NCBI GenBank assembly: GCA_049512315.1
Contig: JBEKXF010000010.1
Coordinates: forward strand, 1 to 64,000
Direction of reading: 5' to 3'
Source of the DNA: Candidatus Aminicenantales bacterium
GTDB lineage: Bacteria; Acidobacteriota; Aminicenantia; Aminicenantales; Saccharicenantaceae
Length of the DNA: 64,000 nt
The first letter of the stretch is position 1; each line of letters begins with the position of its first letter. Shown here one piece after another: positions 49,582 through 58,621 of the stretch. A program made the translations under genes and the position numbers. The notes beneath the pieces are model-generated. The model searched no databases and was not told where the DNA came from. It saw only the letters and a program-made list of their open reading frames with translations.

Positions 49582-49740
49582 GCGGTCCTCCTGGCGGAAT
49601 GAATGTCAAGGAACGTTCAAGCAGCCGGAATGGTAATTCGGCCCGGGCGGCGGTGTCAAGGCGCGCTTCCCCCCTCCTCGCTTCCCCCTTTGTCCTCGGG
49701 CCGCATCTGTGCTATATATCGCTCGAAGAGAGGTGCGGGA

Positions 49741-50502
49741 ATGAAATCACACGTGAAAGCGTTCGTCATGGTTTCTGCCATCGTCCTCCTGATGGCCGGC
49801 CTGGCCTTCTCGCAGGAGACGAAATCCCTGACCCGGCAGGGCGACGACCTCTTCGACCAGCGCGGCGACCTGGCCAAGGCTAAGGAAGGGCTGGCGAAAT
49901 ACCAGGACGCCCTGCTCAACAACGAGGACGCCTACGGGGTTTACTGGAGGATGGCCCGGATCGAGTATTGGATCGGCGACCACGCGACCGACAAGAACGA
50001 AAAGCAAAAGGTCTTCGGGATGGGAATGTATCATGCCAAGAAGGCCGTGGCGCTCGGCCCGGAAAGGCCAGAGGGCCATTACTGGCTCGGCGTGAACTAC
50101 GGCAGCTACGGCGAGGCTAAGGGCGTCCTTAAGAGCCTTTCGCTCGTCACGCCCATCAAGGAGGAGATGAATAAAGTCCTGGCCCTCGACCCGACTTTTG
50201 ACGACGGCGGCGCCGACCGGGTGCTGGGGCGCCTGTATTATGAGCTCCCCGGGTTGTTCGGCGGGAACAACAAGAAGTCCCTCGAGCACCTCCTGAAATC
50301 CAAGGACATGGGCCCGCGGGTCGGCCTGACCCGGATCTACCTCGCCGACACCTACCTGGCCCTGAAGCATGTCGCGAAGGCCCGCGAGGAGCTCGAGTTC
50401 GTCATCGCCATGGAGCCCGACCCCAAGCTCATCCCGGAAACGGCCCAGGAAAAAGGCATGGCCCGGGACAGGCTCAAGGCCAAGGAATTTCAGAAGAAGT
50501 GA
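49741..50502 (+). CDS. Secreted TPR protein (TRAP TatT component-like)
   Basis: Signal peptide; GHYWLG, DRVLGRLYYELPGLFGG. Confidence 0.7.
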   Translation: MKSHVKAFVMVSAIVLLMAGLAFSQETKSLTRQGDDLFDQRGDLAKAKEGLAKYQDALLNNEDAYGVYWRMARIEYWIGDHATDKNEKQKVFGMGMYHAKKAVALGPERPEGHYWLGVNYGSYGEAKGVLKSLSLVTPIKEEMNKVLALDPTFDDGGADRVLGRLYYELPGLFGGNNKKSLEHLLKSKDMGPRVGLTRIYLADTYLALKHVAKAREELEFVIAMEPDPKLIPETAQEKGMARDRLKAKEFQKK

Positions 50503-51200
50503 CTGAACGAGCAAACGAGGACGCGGCCCGGGAGGCATGCGGGGAAACGGCCTTAGCCGCGAGAGCGGTCCGGGTCCTCTTCGAAAACGAGGGCATCCTG
50601 GCCGTCGACAAGCCCGAGGGCGTCCTATCCATCTCCGAGGCGGGAAAAGGCGGCCTTCCCGAGCTGCTGCGCGATGTCTACCCCGGGAAGCTTTACCCCG
50701 TCCACCGCCTCGACAGGGAGGCGAGCGGGGTGATCGTTTTCGCCAAAGATCCCGGGATGCACCGCCACCTGAACGGCGAGTTTGACCGCAGGTCCGTACG
50801 GAAGACCTACCTGGCCCTGAGCCACGGAGTGATGGAAAGCAACCGCGGCGTCATCAACAAGCCCATCCGGGCGTTTGGGTCGGGGAGGATGGGGGTGGAC
50901 GTGAAGCTGGGCAAGCCGTCGTCGACGGAATTCAAGGTGTACGAGCGGCTGAAGGGGTACACCCTCGTCCGGGCCTACCCGCTCACCGGCCGGCGCCACC
51001 AGATCCGCGTCCACCTCTACAGCCTCGGGCATCCGATTGTCGGCGACCTGAAGTACGGGGACCGGGCGGCGCAGGAAAAGTTTCCGAGGTTGATGCTTCA
51101 CGCCAAGGAGATCGAGTTCGACCTGCCCGGCGGCGAACGACTGAAGATCGAGACCCCCGTGCCCGAATCGTTCGACGCCGTCCTGAGGAGCCTGCGATAA
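50499..51200 (+). CDS. RluA family RNA pseudouridine synthase
   Basis: VDKPEG, VHRLDREASG, TGRRHQIRVH, HPIVGD, LHA. Confidence 0.92.
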   Translation: MTERANEDAAREACGETALAARAVRVLFENEGILAVDKPEGVLSISEAGKGGLPELLRDVYPGKLYPVHRLDREASGVIVFAKDPGMHRHLNGEFDRRSVRKTYLALSHGVMESNRGVINKPIRAFGSGRMGVDVKLGKPSSTEFKVYERLKGYTLVRAYPLTGRRHQIRVHLYSLGHPIVGDLKYGDRAAQEKFPRLMLHAKEIEFDLPGGERLKIETPVPESFDAVLRSLR

Positions 51201-51202
51201 GC

Positions 51203-52444
51203 CTAAAAAAGGTGGCCGAAGTTGAAGTAGATGCCCGTGCCTTCGCGGCTGAAGCCCATATCGAAGCGGGCCACGAAATTCTTCAGATAGTAGCGAAGTC
51301 CCCAGCCGGCGTCGAAGACGGGCTTCTTGAGGGTGATCGCGCTCCAGGACGGCCAGACCAACCCGCCCTCCGCGAAAATATTGCCGCCGATCCGCTTCCA
51401 GATCGGGAATCGGTACTCGGCGCAACTCAGAAATTTGCCGTTGTCCATGAACCGATTGAGGGCATAGCCGCGCATCGCGCTTGGTGTCGACCCGCCGCCG
51501 AGCGTGGACAGATCCCATAGCGGGATGTTCGAGCCCGAGATCTTCTGGACGAGGGCGCGCACGGCCAAGACCGCCTTCGGGAAGAAGAGCTGGGTGTAGG
51601 ACCGGAGGTCCAGGGTCATTCTGTAGTACTTCCCGACCTTGTTCCCCACAGCCCGGCCGGCGAAATCGTTCTGGATGAAGAACCGGACGCCGCGGGTGGG
51701 GTGGATCTGGCTGTTCGACGTGTCGTACCGGAAGACCAGGGAAAGGTAGGGCGAGAACTTTGTCCCTTCGCCCTGCAGGAGTTCCGTGAAGGGTCTGTCC
51801 GGCGCGACGTTGAACGTCCTGTAGCGGCGGAGGACGTAGGCGCCCTCGAGGACGAGCGCGGGGCTGAAGCCGTGGCCGAAGGTGACCCCCAGCTCTTCCT
51901 TGAGGTCGGAAGCGACCGTTTCGTTGTCCTTGACCGAATCCGGGCCGACGCCGTAGAACTTGTACTGGACGTACTTGTCGTATTCGGCCCGCAGGTCGAA
52001 TGACAGTCCATAGCGCTTTCCCTGGCGGATCTCCGTGTCCGGGATGGAAAAGGTGAAGACGTACCAGCGCTCGCCCTTGCTCGAGTTGAAGAGGATGAGG
52101 TCGAGGGACTCCTTGCGGCCGAAATAGTTAACGAACTTTCCTTTGCCGCCGTAGCCGACCCCGATGTCCGAGTCGTACATCAGGATCGGGAAGCCGCTGA
52201 AGGACCTTTTGATTTCGGGGGCGGAGCCGGAGGTCTGAGCGGAGGCGGAGCCGGCCGTCTGACCGGAAGTTGAAGAGACGGGCGGGAGGGGATCGTCGGC
52301 GGCGTGGGCCGGAGGCGGGGCAAGCACAAGGGAAATAAGGATGGAGGGGATGACGAGAATGACGGAGATGAAGGTGGAGCCGGGAACCGGTGATCTCGCC
52401 CGGCCGGGCGGTTCTTTCATTTTTAGGGTGCCCCCAGCATCCAT
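51203..52444 (-). CDS. Omp85/BamA-TamA family beta-barrel lacking POTRA domains
   Basis: MRGY, AEYRFP, GWGLRY, RFD, C-terminal FGHLF. Confidence 0.8.
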   Translation of the reverse strand: MDAGGTLKMKEPPGRARSPVPGSTFISVILVIPSILISLVLAPPPAHAADDPLPPVSSTSGQTAGSASAQTSGSAPEIKRSFSGFPILMYDSDIGVGYGGKGKFVNYFGRKESLDLILFNSSKGERWYVFTFSIPDTEIRQGKRYGLSFDLRAEYDKYVQYKFYGVGPDSVKDNETVASDLKEELGVTFGHGFSPALVLEGAYVLRRYRTFNVAPDRPFTELLQGEGTKFSPYLSLVFRYDTSNSQIHPTRGVRFFIQNDFAGRAVGNKVGKYYRMTLDLRSYTQLFFPKAVLAVRALVQKISGSNIPLWDLSTLGGGSTPSAMRGYALNRFMDNGKFLSCAEYRFPIWKRIGGNIFAEGGLVWPSWSAITLKKPVFDAGWGLRYYLKNFVARFDMGFSREGTGIYFNFGHLF

Positions 52445-52521
52445 CGTTTCCCCTATTTAACTCATCCCGGCGGGGGTATTGTCAAGTGCCTTTTACCTTA
52501 TTATTTCGGTGGTCTGAGAGC

Positions 52522-52764
52522 TGGGGTCGGGCCTCAGTATCTTATTGAAAAATAATAAAACATCAATTTCCCAGGGCCACTTTAAAGTCTTAAGTCCTCG
52601 TTTTATGCCCAGAAAATCGGGACTAAAGGAGAAAATAAGTAGGTTCCCCGTAGACTCCTTAAGTCCCCATTTTTGACCCTAAAAAGTAGGACTTAAGGCC
52701 AAAAAGTAGCTCCTAAAAAGAGTTAACTCTATCCTTTTCTATAGGATGCTGAGGCCCGACCCCA
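52522..52764. mobile_element. MITE/REPIN-like AT-rich element bounded by 24-bp inverted repeats
   Basis: TGGGGTCGGGCCTCAGTATCTTAT (52522-52545) vs revcomp of 52741-52764 TGGGGTCGGGCCTCAGCATCCTAT (22/24); two internal TTAAGTCC..GGACT(T/A)AAG hairpins. Confidence 0.65.
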
Positions 52765-52930
52765 AAATATTGCAGCTAATTACCGAAATTGAATTGATTC
52801 GACGGCACGTTTGGTTTATTCTGGTTACCTATGACCCGCATATCCGCGGCTTCGCCAAGGCTCGAGCATCTCATCTATCTCATCCTATTCGTTTCCCTCA
52901 TCCCGCGCGCCTCCCTCCTTTCTCCCTTCC

Positions 52931-54448
52931 ATGGACGATAGAACCCTGCCCAACCCCGACCTCGAAGGCCCGGTCATCCTCGACCGCTCCCACCACTCCA
53001 TCTCGCGGCGCGACATCGATTACGACGCCCTCAAGGTCCTCTATCGCCTGAGCGGCCACGGCTTCATCGCCTATCTCGTCGGCGGCGCCGTGCGCGACCT
53101 CCTTCTCGGCCGCCGCCCCGCAGACTTCGACATCGGCACGGACGCCCACCCCAACCAGATCAAGAAGCTCTTCCGGAACGCCTTCCTCATCGGACGCCGC
53201 TTCCGCCTGGCCCACATCAAGTTCCAGGGCGGAAAGGTCATCGAGGTGTCCACGTTCCGGAGGAAGCCCGACGAAGAGGAGCTCCGGGCCGAGCGCGAAG
53301 AGGAGATGAGGACCTCAGAAGCGGAGCGGGCCCGGGACGCCGCCGAAAGCCCGGGTCACGCCTCTCTTGACGGCTCGCCGGTAGAATCAGAGGTCGAAAT
53401 CCCAGCCGCTTCCGGACCTGAGCAGGATGCCACGGGACCTGAGATCGAACAGGCAGGCGAACCTGACACCGCACTTTCGCCACCCCCTTCTCTGCCCGCT
53501 TCACCGCCCTATCCCCAAAAATCGATCCCGATCCCCGGCCGTCCCCCTCTCAAGCCCATCGCCTTCGGCACCCCCCAGGAAGACGCCTTCCGGCGCGACA
53601 TCACGATTAATGCCCTGTTCTACGACATCGCCACCTATTCCGTTATCGACTACGTCGGCGGCCTCGACGACCTCCGCCGCGGCCACGCCCGCATCATCGG
53701 CGACCCCGACGAGAGCTATACCGAGGACCCGGTCCGGATCTGGAGGGTCATCCGCCACGCCTCCCGCCTCGGCTTCACGATCGAGGAGCGGACCGAGCGG
53801 GCCATTCCGTCCCATCTCCACCTCCTGGCCAAGTCGGCCGGATCGCGCCTTTTCGAGGAACTGAACAAGGACATGAAGTCGGGCCAGTCCCGCCCGTTCT
53901 TCGAGCTGGCCCGGGGCAACTTCATCCTTCCCGTCATCCTCGGCGGGATCGGGGACTTTTACCAGCGCTCCGACGACGCCTTCGCCCGCCTCTCCGAGAA
54001 TCTGGCCGCCATCGACGACGCCGTCGCTCGCGGCGCCGCCCCGGCCCAGGAGCTCATCTACGCCCTTCTGATCTGGCCCTGGGCCAAGACCGTCCTCGCC
54101 GACACCCTGGGGGACAAGCCCAAGGTCCTCTATGAGGCCTTCCGGGAAACGAGGCCCGCGACCCAATTCCCCAAGAGCATCCTCCTCAACGCCGTTCAGA
54201 CGCTCGTCATCGTCGAGCACATGCTCGAGGCCCTGACCACCGGCCGGATGCGCTGGGCCCTGAAAAAGCGGGCCCATTTTGCCGGCGCCTCCAAGATCTG
54301 CTCCCTTCTCGTCCAGGGCACGTTCGGCGAGGGCGAGGACCCCTTCGAGCGGATCTTCGATGAGCGGTTCGGTTCGGGCCGGCCGCCGGAAAAGCGCCGC
54401 AGGAGGAGGCCCCGCCGCCGGAAATCCCCCGCCCCCCCAGCTATCTGA
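52931..54448 (+). CDS. pcnB: Poly(A) polymerase I
   Basis: VGGAVRDLL..DFD, PAP signature LIGRRFRLAHI, RRDITINAL, EDPVRI, Arg-rich C-terminus. Confidence 0.9.
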   Translation: MDDRTLPNPDLEGPVILDRSHHSISRRDIDYDALKVLYRLSGHGFIAYLVGGAVRDLLLGRRPADFDIGTDAHPNQIKKLFRNAFLIGRRFRLAHIKFQGGKVIEVSTFRRKPDEEELRAEREEEMRTSEAERARDAAESPGHASLDGSPVESEVEIPAASGPEQDATGPEIEQAGEPDTALSPPPSLPASPPYPQKSIPIPGRPPLKPIAFGTPQEDAFRRDITINALFYDIATYSVIDYVGGLDDLRRGHARIIGDPDESYTEDPVRIWRVIRHASRLGFTIEERTERAIPSHLHLLAKSAGSRLFEELNKDMKSGQSRPFFELARGNFILPVILGGIGDFYQRSDDAFARLSENLAAIDDAVARGAAPAQELIYALLIWPWAKTVLADTLGDKPKVLYEAFRETRPATQFPKSILLNAVQTLVIVEHMLEALTTGRMRWALKKRAHFAGASKICSLLVQGTFGEGEDPFERIFDERFGSGRPPEKRRRRRPRRRKSPAPPAI

Positions 54449-54602
54449 TCCGAGCGGTGTCAGGAGGTCAAGGGCGCGGGACGTGCGCAACGCGCTCTCT
54501 CCAGCGACCTTCCGGATGAATGTTGAATCCGAAGTCCGTTAACTTTATAATTCCTGAATCCACGGGCCCGCCTGCCCGGAAGGGCGAACGAGGAGAAAAG
54601 GA

Positions 54603-55874
54603 ATGGAAAACCCGAAGACGAGGACATTGACGCTCGGCGGCTGGACCGGCCCCCGCATCCTGAGCTTCATCTCCGGCGCCGGCATGATCGCAGCCTCGGC
54701 CCTGACCATCCGCCACTTTTTCCTGGCCAATTACCCGGCCACGATCTTCACCGGCTCCTTCTGCGACATCAGCGCCTTCTTCAACTGCGACAGCTCGGCC
54801 TTCTCGCCCATTTCCCAGGTCCTGGGCGTCCCGCTCGGCTATTTCGGACTGTTCCTGGGGGCCCTGGTCACACTCGGCGCCGTCATCCCCTCCGAGACCT
54901 TCGAGCGGACGAATAGATTCCTGGCGCTCCTCAACGTTCTGGGCGTCATCGGCCTCTTCCTTTATTCGGTGCTCGTCCTCGGCAGCCTCTGCCTTCTCTG
55001 CTCCGGCTTTTACTTTTTCTCGATCCTGAGCTTCGTCCTCTTCTGGGTCTACGGGACCGGCCGCGAAGAGCGGAACCTCGCCGCCCGCTGGCTCCGGCCG
55101 TCCCTCAAGCTTCTCGTCGTCTTCGCCTTCATCGCCGCGGCCGGGGCCTACGGTTTCGTCCAGTACCACGACGCCAAGAAAGAAGCCCAGATGGGGACGG
55201 TCTCGAATATCGTCAGGCAGTTCTATGAGCTTCCCAAGGTCGCCTCGCCGAGCTTCCTCTCGCCATACTGGTCGGTGAAGTCCACGGAAAGGTTCGAGGA
55301 CGCGGCCATCCAGATCGTCGAATACGCCGACTTCCTCTGCCCCGACTGCCTCTACCTTGCCCAGCAGATGGACAAACTGAAGAAGGAGTTTGTCGGCAAG
55401 ATCAACGTCGCCTTCCAGTTCTTCCCGCTCGAGGGGCTGTGCAACACGGTCGTCCCCGAGAAGGCCAACCTCCACCCCGGCGCCTGCGAGATGACCTATA
55501 TCGCCGCCGGCAACCTGGCCCGCTTCCCCGAGATCCACGACGAGATCTGGGCCAATTTCCGGTCGGCCCGGAACCCGGAATGGCGCCGGGCCCTGGCGCA
55601 GAAATACGGCACGGAGCAGGCCATCGGTGACCTCAACGTCCGGGACCTCGTCGAGCGGATCATCAACACCGGGGCCGAATACGATAAGACCTCCGACAAG
55701 TATTCGCACGGCATCCGGTCGACGCCGACCGTCATCATCAACAACCGGATGATTATCGGCACGCTTCCCTACCAGCACTTGAGGGCCATCTTCCAGGCGT
55801 TGGTCGACGAGCGTGAGGGCGGAGAGAAAAAATTTATCGAGAACTGGGTGCCGCCGGCCCGCCGGAAAAAATAA
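54603..55874 (+). CDS. VKOR - DsbA/thioredoxin fusion
   Basis: CDISAFFNC, GVP, CLLC (VKOR); ADFLCPDC, FFPL, STPT (DsbA-like). Confidence 0.88.
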   Translation: MENPKTRTLTLGGWTGPRILSFISGAGMIAASALTIRHFFLANYPATIFTGSFCDISAFFNCDSSAFSPISQVLGVPLGYFGLFLGALVTLGAVIPSETFERTNRFLALLNVLGVIGLFLYSVLVLGSLCLLCSGFYFFSILSFVLFWVYGTGREERNLAARWLRPSLKLLVVFAFIAAAGAYGFVQYHDAKKEAQMGTVSNIVRQFYELPKVASPSFLSPYWSVKSTERFEDAAIQIVEYADFLCPDCLYLAQQMDKLKKEFVGKINVAFQFFPLEGLCNTVVPEKANLHPGACEMTYIAAGNLARFPEIHDEIWANFRSARNPEWRRALAQKYGTEQAIGDLNVRDLVERIINTGAEYDKTSDKYSHGIRSTPTVIINNRMIIGTLPYQHLRAIFQALVDEREGGEKKFIENWVPPARRKK

Positions 55875-55875
55875 T

Positions 55876-56012
55876 CAGGGGGGGGATACAATCCTGTGGC
55901 CCTCTCAGAATACCTCTCAAAATAGGCCACCCCCTAAACGCGGAGTGCCTCTAACAAACTACTTATTAGTCTTCCGGTCTATATATCCGCGACAGAGTAT
56001 TGTGTCCCCCTG
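55876..56012. repeat. Intergenic element bounded by GGGGGA(T/C)ACAAT inverted repeats
   Basis: GGGGGATACAATCCT (55881-55895) vs revcomp GGGGGACACAATACT (55996-56010). Confidence 0.6.
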
Positions 56013-56016
56013 TGTT

Positions 56017-56865
56017 TTAAAGCCAGAGGGAGGCGGTCTCCGGGACGGAGGCGCGGTCGACGAGGCTGAGGGCGCCCCGGGCGCAGGCGTTCCGGCAGAT
56101 CCCGCAGCCGTAGCATTTCTTCCAGTCGATCCGGGCTTTCGCCTTCCTCTTGTGCGGATAGTAGGCGTCGAACGGGCAGAGCTTGGCGCACTCGCCGCAG
56201 CCGCCGCATTTGTCATCGTCCACCCGGGCCAGGTATTCGGAGCGGAACATGACGGGCGTCTTGTGGGTCAGGCTCGTCCTCATCGCCATGCAGCCCGGAA
56301 GCGAGCAGTTGCAGATGCCGCCCAGGAACGGCGTCATGAACGTCCAGACCGTGTGGCACAGCCCTTCCTCCTCGTTCTCCCGCATCAGGGCCAGGGCTTC
56401 CTCCCTGGGCATGAACTCGAGGCCGCCGGTGCCCGGCCCGATCAGGTAGGCCGGGTCGATCTCCCGGAGAAGCTCGACCATCTCGCCGCCCCCCGGGGCC
56501 AGGCTGATCCCGTAGCAGTAGCGGTGCTCGGCGCCGAACGCGACGTGACGGCAGATGCAGGCGAGGCGGACGACCGAGGTAGTGAAGCCTAGGATCTTTT
56601 CGATGTCCTCGATGGGCACGACCTGGCCGAAGTGGTTGATTTTCTGTTTCGCGGTGATGCTCCGCCGCAGGCCGCGGGTGATGAACGGCGGGATCTTATC
56701 GACTATTCCGAGGGCCCGGTCGCCCTTGGCGATATGGTCCGGAGATTCAAAGAAGCGCTGGATGAACCGCCGCCGCCGGAGGTCGCTGAGGAGGTCTTCG
56801 GAGTAGTTACGGGCGTCCAGGTACCACTTTTTCCCTTCCCCGTGCTGATGGCAGAAATCGCACAT
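56017..56865 (-). CDS. 4Fe-4S dicluster domain protein
   Basis: MCDFCHQH, CICR, ICNC..GC, CGGCGECAKLCP, CYGCGICRNAC. Confidence 0.85.
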   Translation of the reverse strand: MCDFCHQHGEGKKWYLDARNYSEDLLSDLRRRRFIQRFFESPDHIAKGDRALGIVDKIPPFITRGLRRSITAKQKINHFGQVVPIEDIEKILGFTTSVVRLACICRHVAFGAEHRYCYGISLAPGGGEMVELLREIDPAYLIGPGTGGLEFMPREEALALMRENEEEGLCHTVWTFMTPFLGGICNCSLPGCMAMRTSLTHKTPVMFRSEYLARVDDDKCGGCGECAKLCPFDAYYPHKRKAKARIDWKKCYGCGICRNACARGALSLVDRASVPETASLWL

Positions 56866-56908
56866 CGTCCTGAGCAATGAGTAGCACACCTCCCCGCCAA
56901 TAGCAACC

Positions 56909-57055
56909 AAGATGGGGCCAAATCTTCATTCTTGCACTTTTTCTGTCCATTCGGTGGGGCCATATCTCGGCTATATAACAGGTATTAATATAGTTAATTT
57001 GTTTCTATGGGGTCAGGTCTTGCAAAAAATAAGAGTGTGGGTTTGGCCCCATCTT
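56909..57055. repeat. AT-rich element bounded by 14-bp perfect inverted repeats
   Basis: AAGATGGGGCCAAA (56909-56922) / TTTGGCCCCATCTT (57042-57055); internal TGGGGTCAGGTCTTGC. Confidence 0.6.
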
Positions 57056-57159
57056 TTGGCCCCGTCGTTAACGCAGGGGAAATCGAGTTGCCGACGCAAA
57101 AAAAATGACCCATAACTCACTAAATATAATATAAATATGAAATTATGCTGAAAAATTGC

Positions 57160-57221
57160 TTGACATACTGTATAACACACATTATAATATGTCACATATG
57201 ATAGTTGAGACAAACAGTATG
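57160..57221 (+). promoter_or_regulatory. Consensus sigma70 promoter with probable PadR operator
   Basis: TTGACA(57160-57165)-17 nt-TATAAT(57183-57188); CATACTGT(57164-57171)..ACAGTATG(57214-57221). Confidence 0.75.
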
Positions 57222-57321
57222 AATGAAATTGCAAGAAGCACGATGCTTGCTCGCGTGAATGGCCTTATGATTCACTGCAAGGCTGACCGCGGGCCGAGCC
57301 AGTTGACAAGGAGGCCGAGAC

Positions 57322-57660
57322 ATGGAACCTGAAATCGGCAATTTCGAGACCGAGATGAACCGGGGGTTCCTCCAGATCCTGGTCCTGGCCCTTCTCGAGA
57401 AGGACATGTACGGCTACTCGATGGTCCGGACCATCCGGGAGCTGGGCTACGAGGTCGAGGAGAACACCCTCTATCCCCTGCTCCGCCGCCTCGAAAAGAA
57501 CGGCTGGGTCCGGAGCAAGTGGGACGTCAGCGAGGACCGGCCCCGCAAGTTCTACGCCATCACCGACGAAGGCCGGACCCTCAGGACCCAGCTTCTCGCG
57601 ATCTGGAAAAAACAAGACGAGATCCTGAAACATCTCATGGAGGAGAAAAGCCATGTTTGA
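57322..57660 (+). CDS. PadR family transcriptional regulator
   Basis: AAGGAGG RBS; MYGYS, TLYPLLRRLEKNG, PRKFYAITDEG. Confidence 0.92.
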   Translation: MEPEIGNFETEMNRGFLQILVLALLEKDMYGYSMVRTIRELGYEVEENTLYPLLRRLEKNGWVRSKWDVSEDRPRKFYAITDEGRTLRTQLLAIWKKQDEILKHLMEEKSHV

Positions 57661-58615
57661 AAAGCTCGAAGCCTACCTCGAGGAGATCAGCCATTTCCTT
57701 TCCGGCCGCGGGGAGCGGGAGGAGATCCTGTCCGAGATCCGGAGCCACATCCTGGAAAAAGCGACTCAGGAACATGGGCAGGTCACGGACGCCTCACTCG
57801 ACAAGGTCATCGCCGCCTATGGCCCGGCCCGCCGCGTCGCCGAAAAGTACCTCGACGGCCGGCCGATCATCGCCCCGGCCTACAAGCGTTACCTCTTCCG
57901 CTATACGACGCTCCTCTTTGCCGTCCACACGCTCCTGACCGTTATCGGCGTCATCTTCAAGGAGAGCTTCATCCTCTTCCCCTTCCTCTTCATGCCGCGC
58001 CTGGGCGTCATCGAGGCCCTGATGTACCTGCCAACGGCTTTCCTGACCGACCTCGGCGTCGTCGCCCTCGTCCTCTACTTCATCACCCAGAGCGGCAAGG
58101 ACGTCAGGCTCCCCTGGCCGAGGCTCGGCGTCGACCTCGACGAGGTCAAGCCGCCCAATAAGAACGTCCTCCTCAGCCGGATCGGCACGGCCGTCGGGGC
58201 GGTCATCATGCTCGCCTTCACCGACTTCGCCCTCTATCTCTTCGCCAAGCACCAGACCATCTTCTTCGTCAACCTGAATTGGAACGACCCGCGTCCCCTG
58301 TTCACCCCGGAGGCCGGCCAGAGGATCTCACTCGTCGTTATCGCCATGTTTGCCGCCTCAACGATAGCGCTCCTGTTCAAGCTCTTCATGCGCTCCCGCT
58401 GGGTGGATATCGGCTCAGGCGTTGTGTCGCTCGCCCTGATCGGCCTTCTCCTCCGCCAGCCGTTCGAAAACCTCTTCGCCGTCAACATCGCCGAGCGCTT
58501 CCTGCCCAAGATCAAGTTCGGATTGCGATTCATGCTGCTCTTCATCGCCTCGATGGTCACCGTCAAACTCATCAAGAACGTGGTCTGCATCGGACGGAAA
58601 AAGCTGGCCAAATGA
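57653..58615 (+). CDS. PadR-associated membrane protein with N-terminal HAAS-like domain
   Basis: YLEEI..EILSEIRSHI..YGPARRVA followed by several TM segments; overlaps padR. Confidence 0.75.
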   Translation: MFEKLEAYLEEISHFLSGRGEREEILSEIRSHILEKATQEHGQVTDASLDKVIAAYGPARRVAEKYLDGRPIIAPAYKRYLFRYTTLLFAVHTLLTVIGVIFKESFILFPFLFMPRLGVIEALMYLPTAFLTDLGVVALVLYFITQSGKDVRLPWPRLGVDLDEVKPPNKNVLLSRIGTAVGAVIMLAFTDFALYLFAKHQTIFFVNLNWNDPRPLFTPEAGQRISLVVIAMFAASTIALLFKLFMRSRWVDIGSGVVSLALIGLLLRQPFENLFAVNIAERFLPKIKFGLRFMLLFIASMVTVKLIKNVVCIGRKKLAK

Positions 58616-58621
58616 AATCCG

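Noticed and set aside
52560..52740. CRISPR array
   Set aside because: Only two imperfect palindromic units, no regular repeat-spacer periodicity and no cas genes
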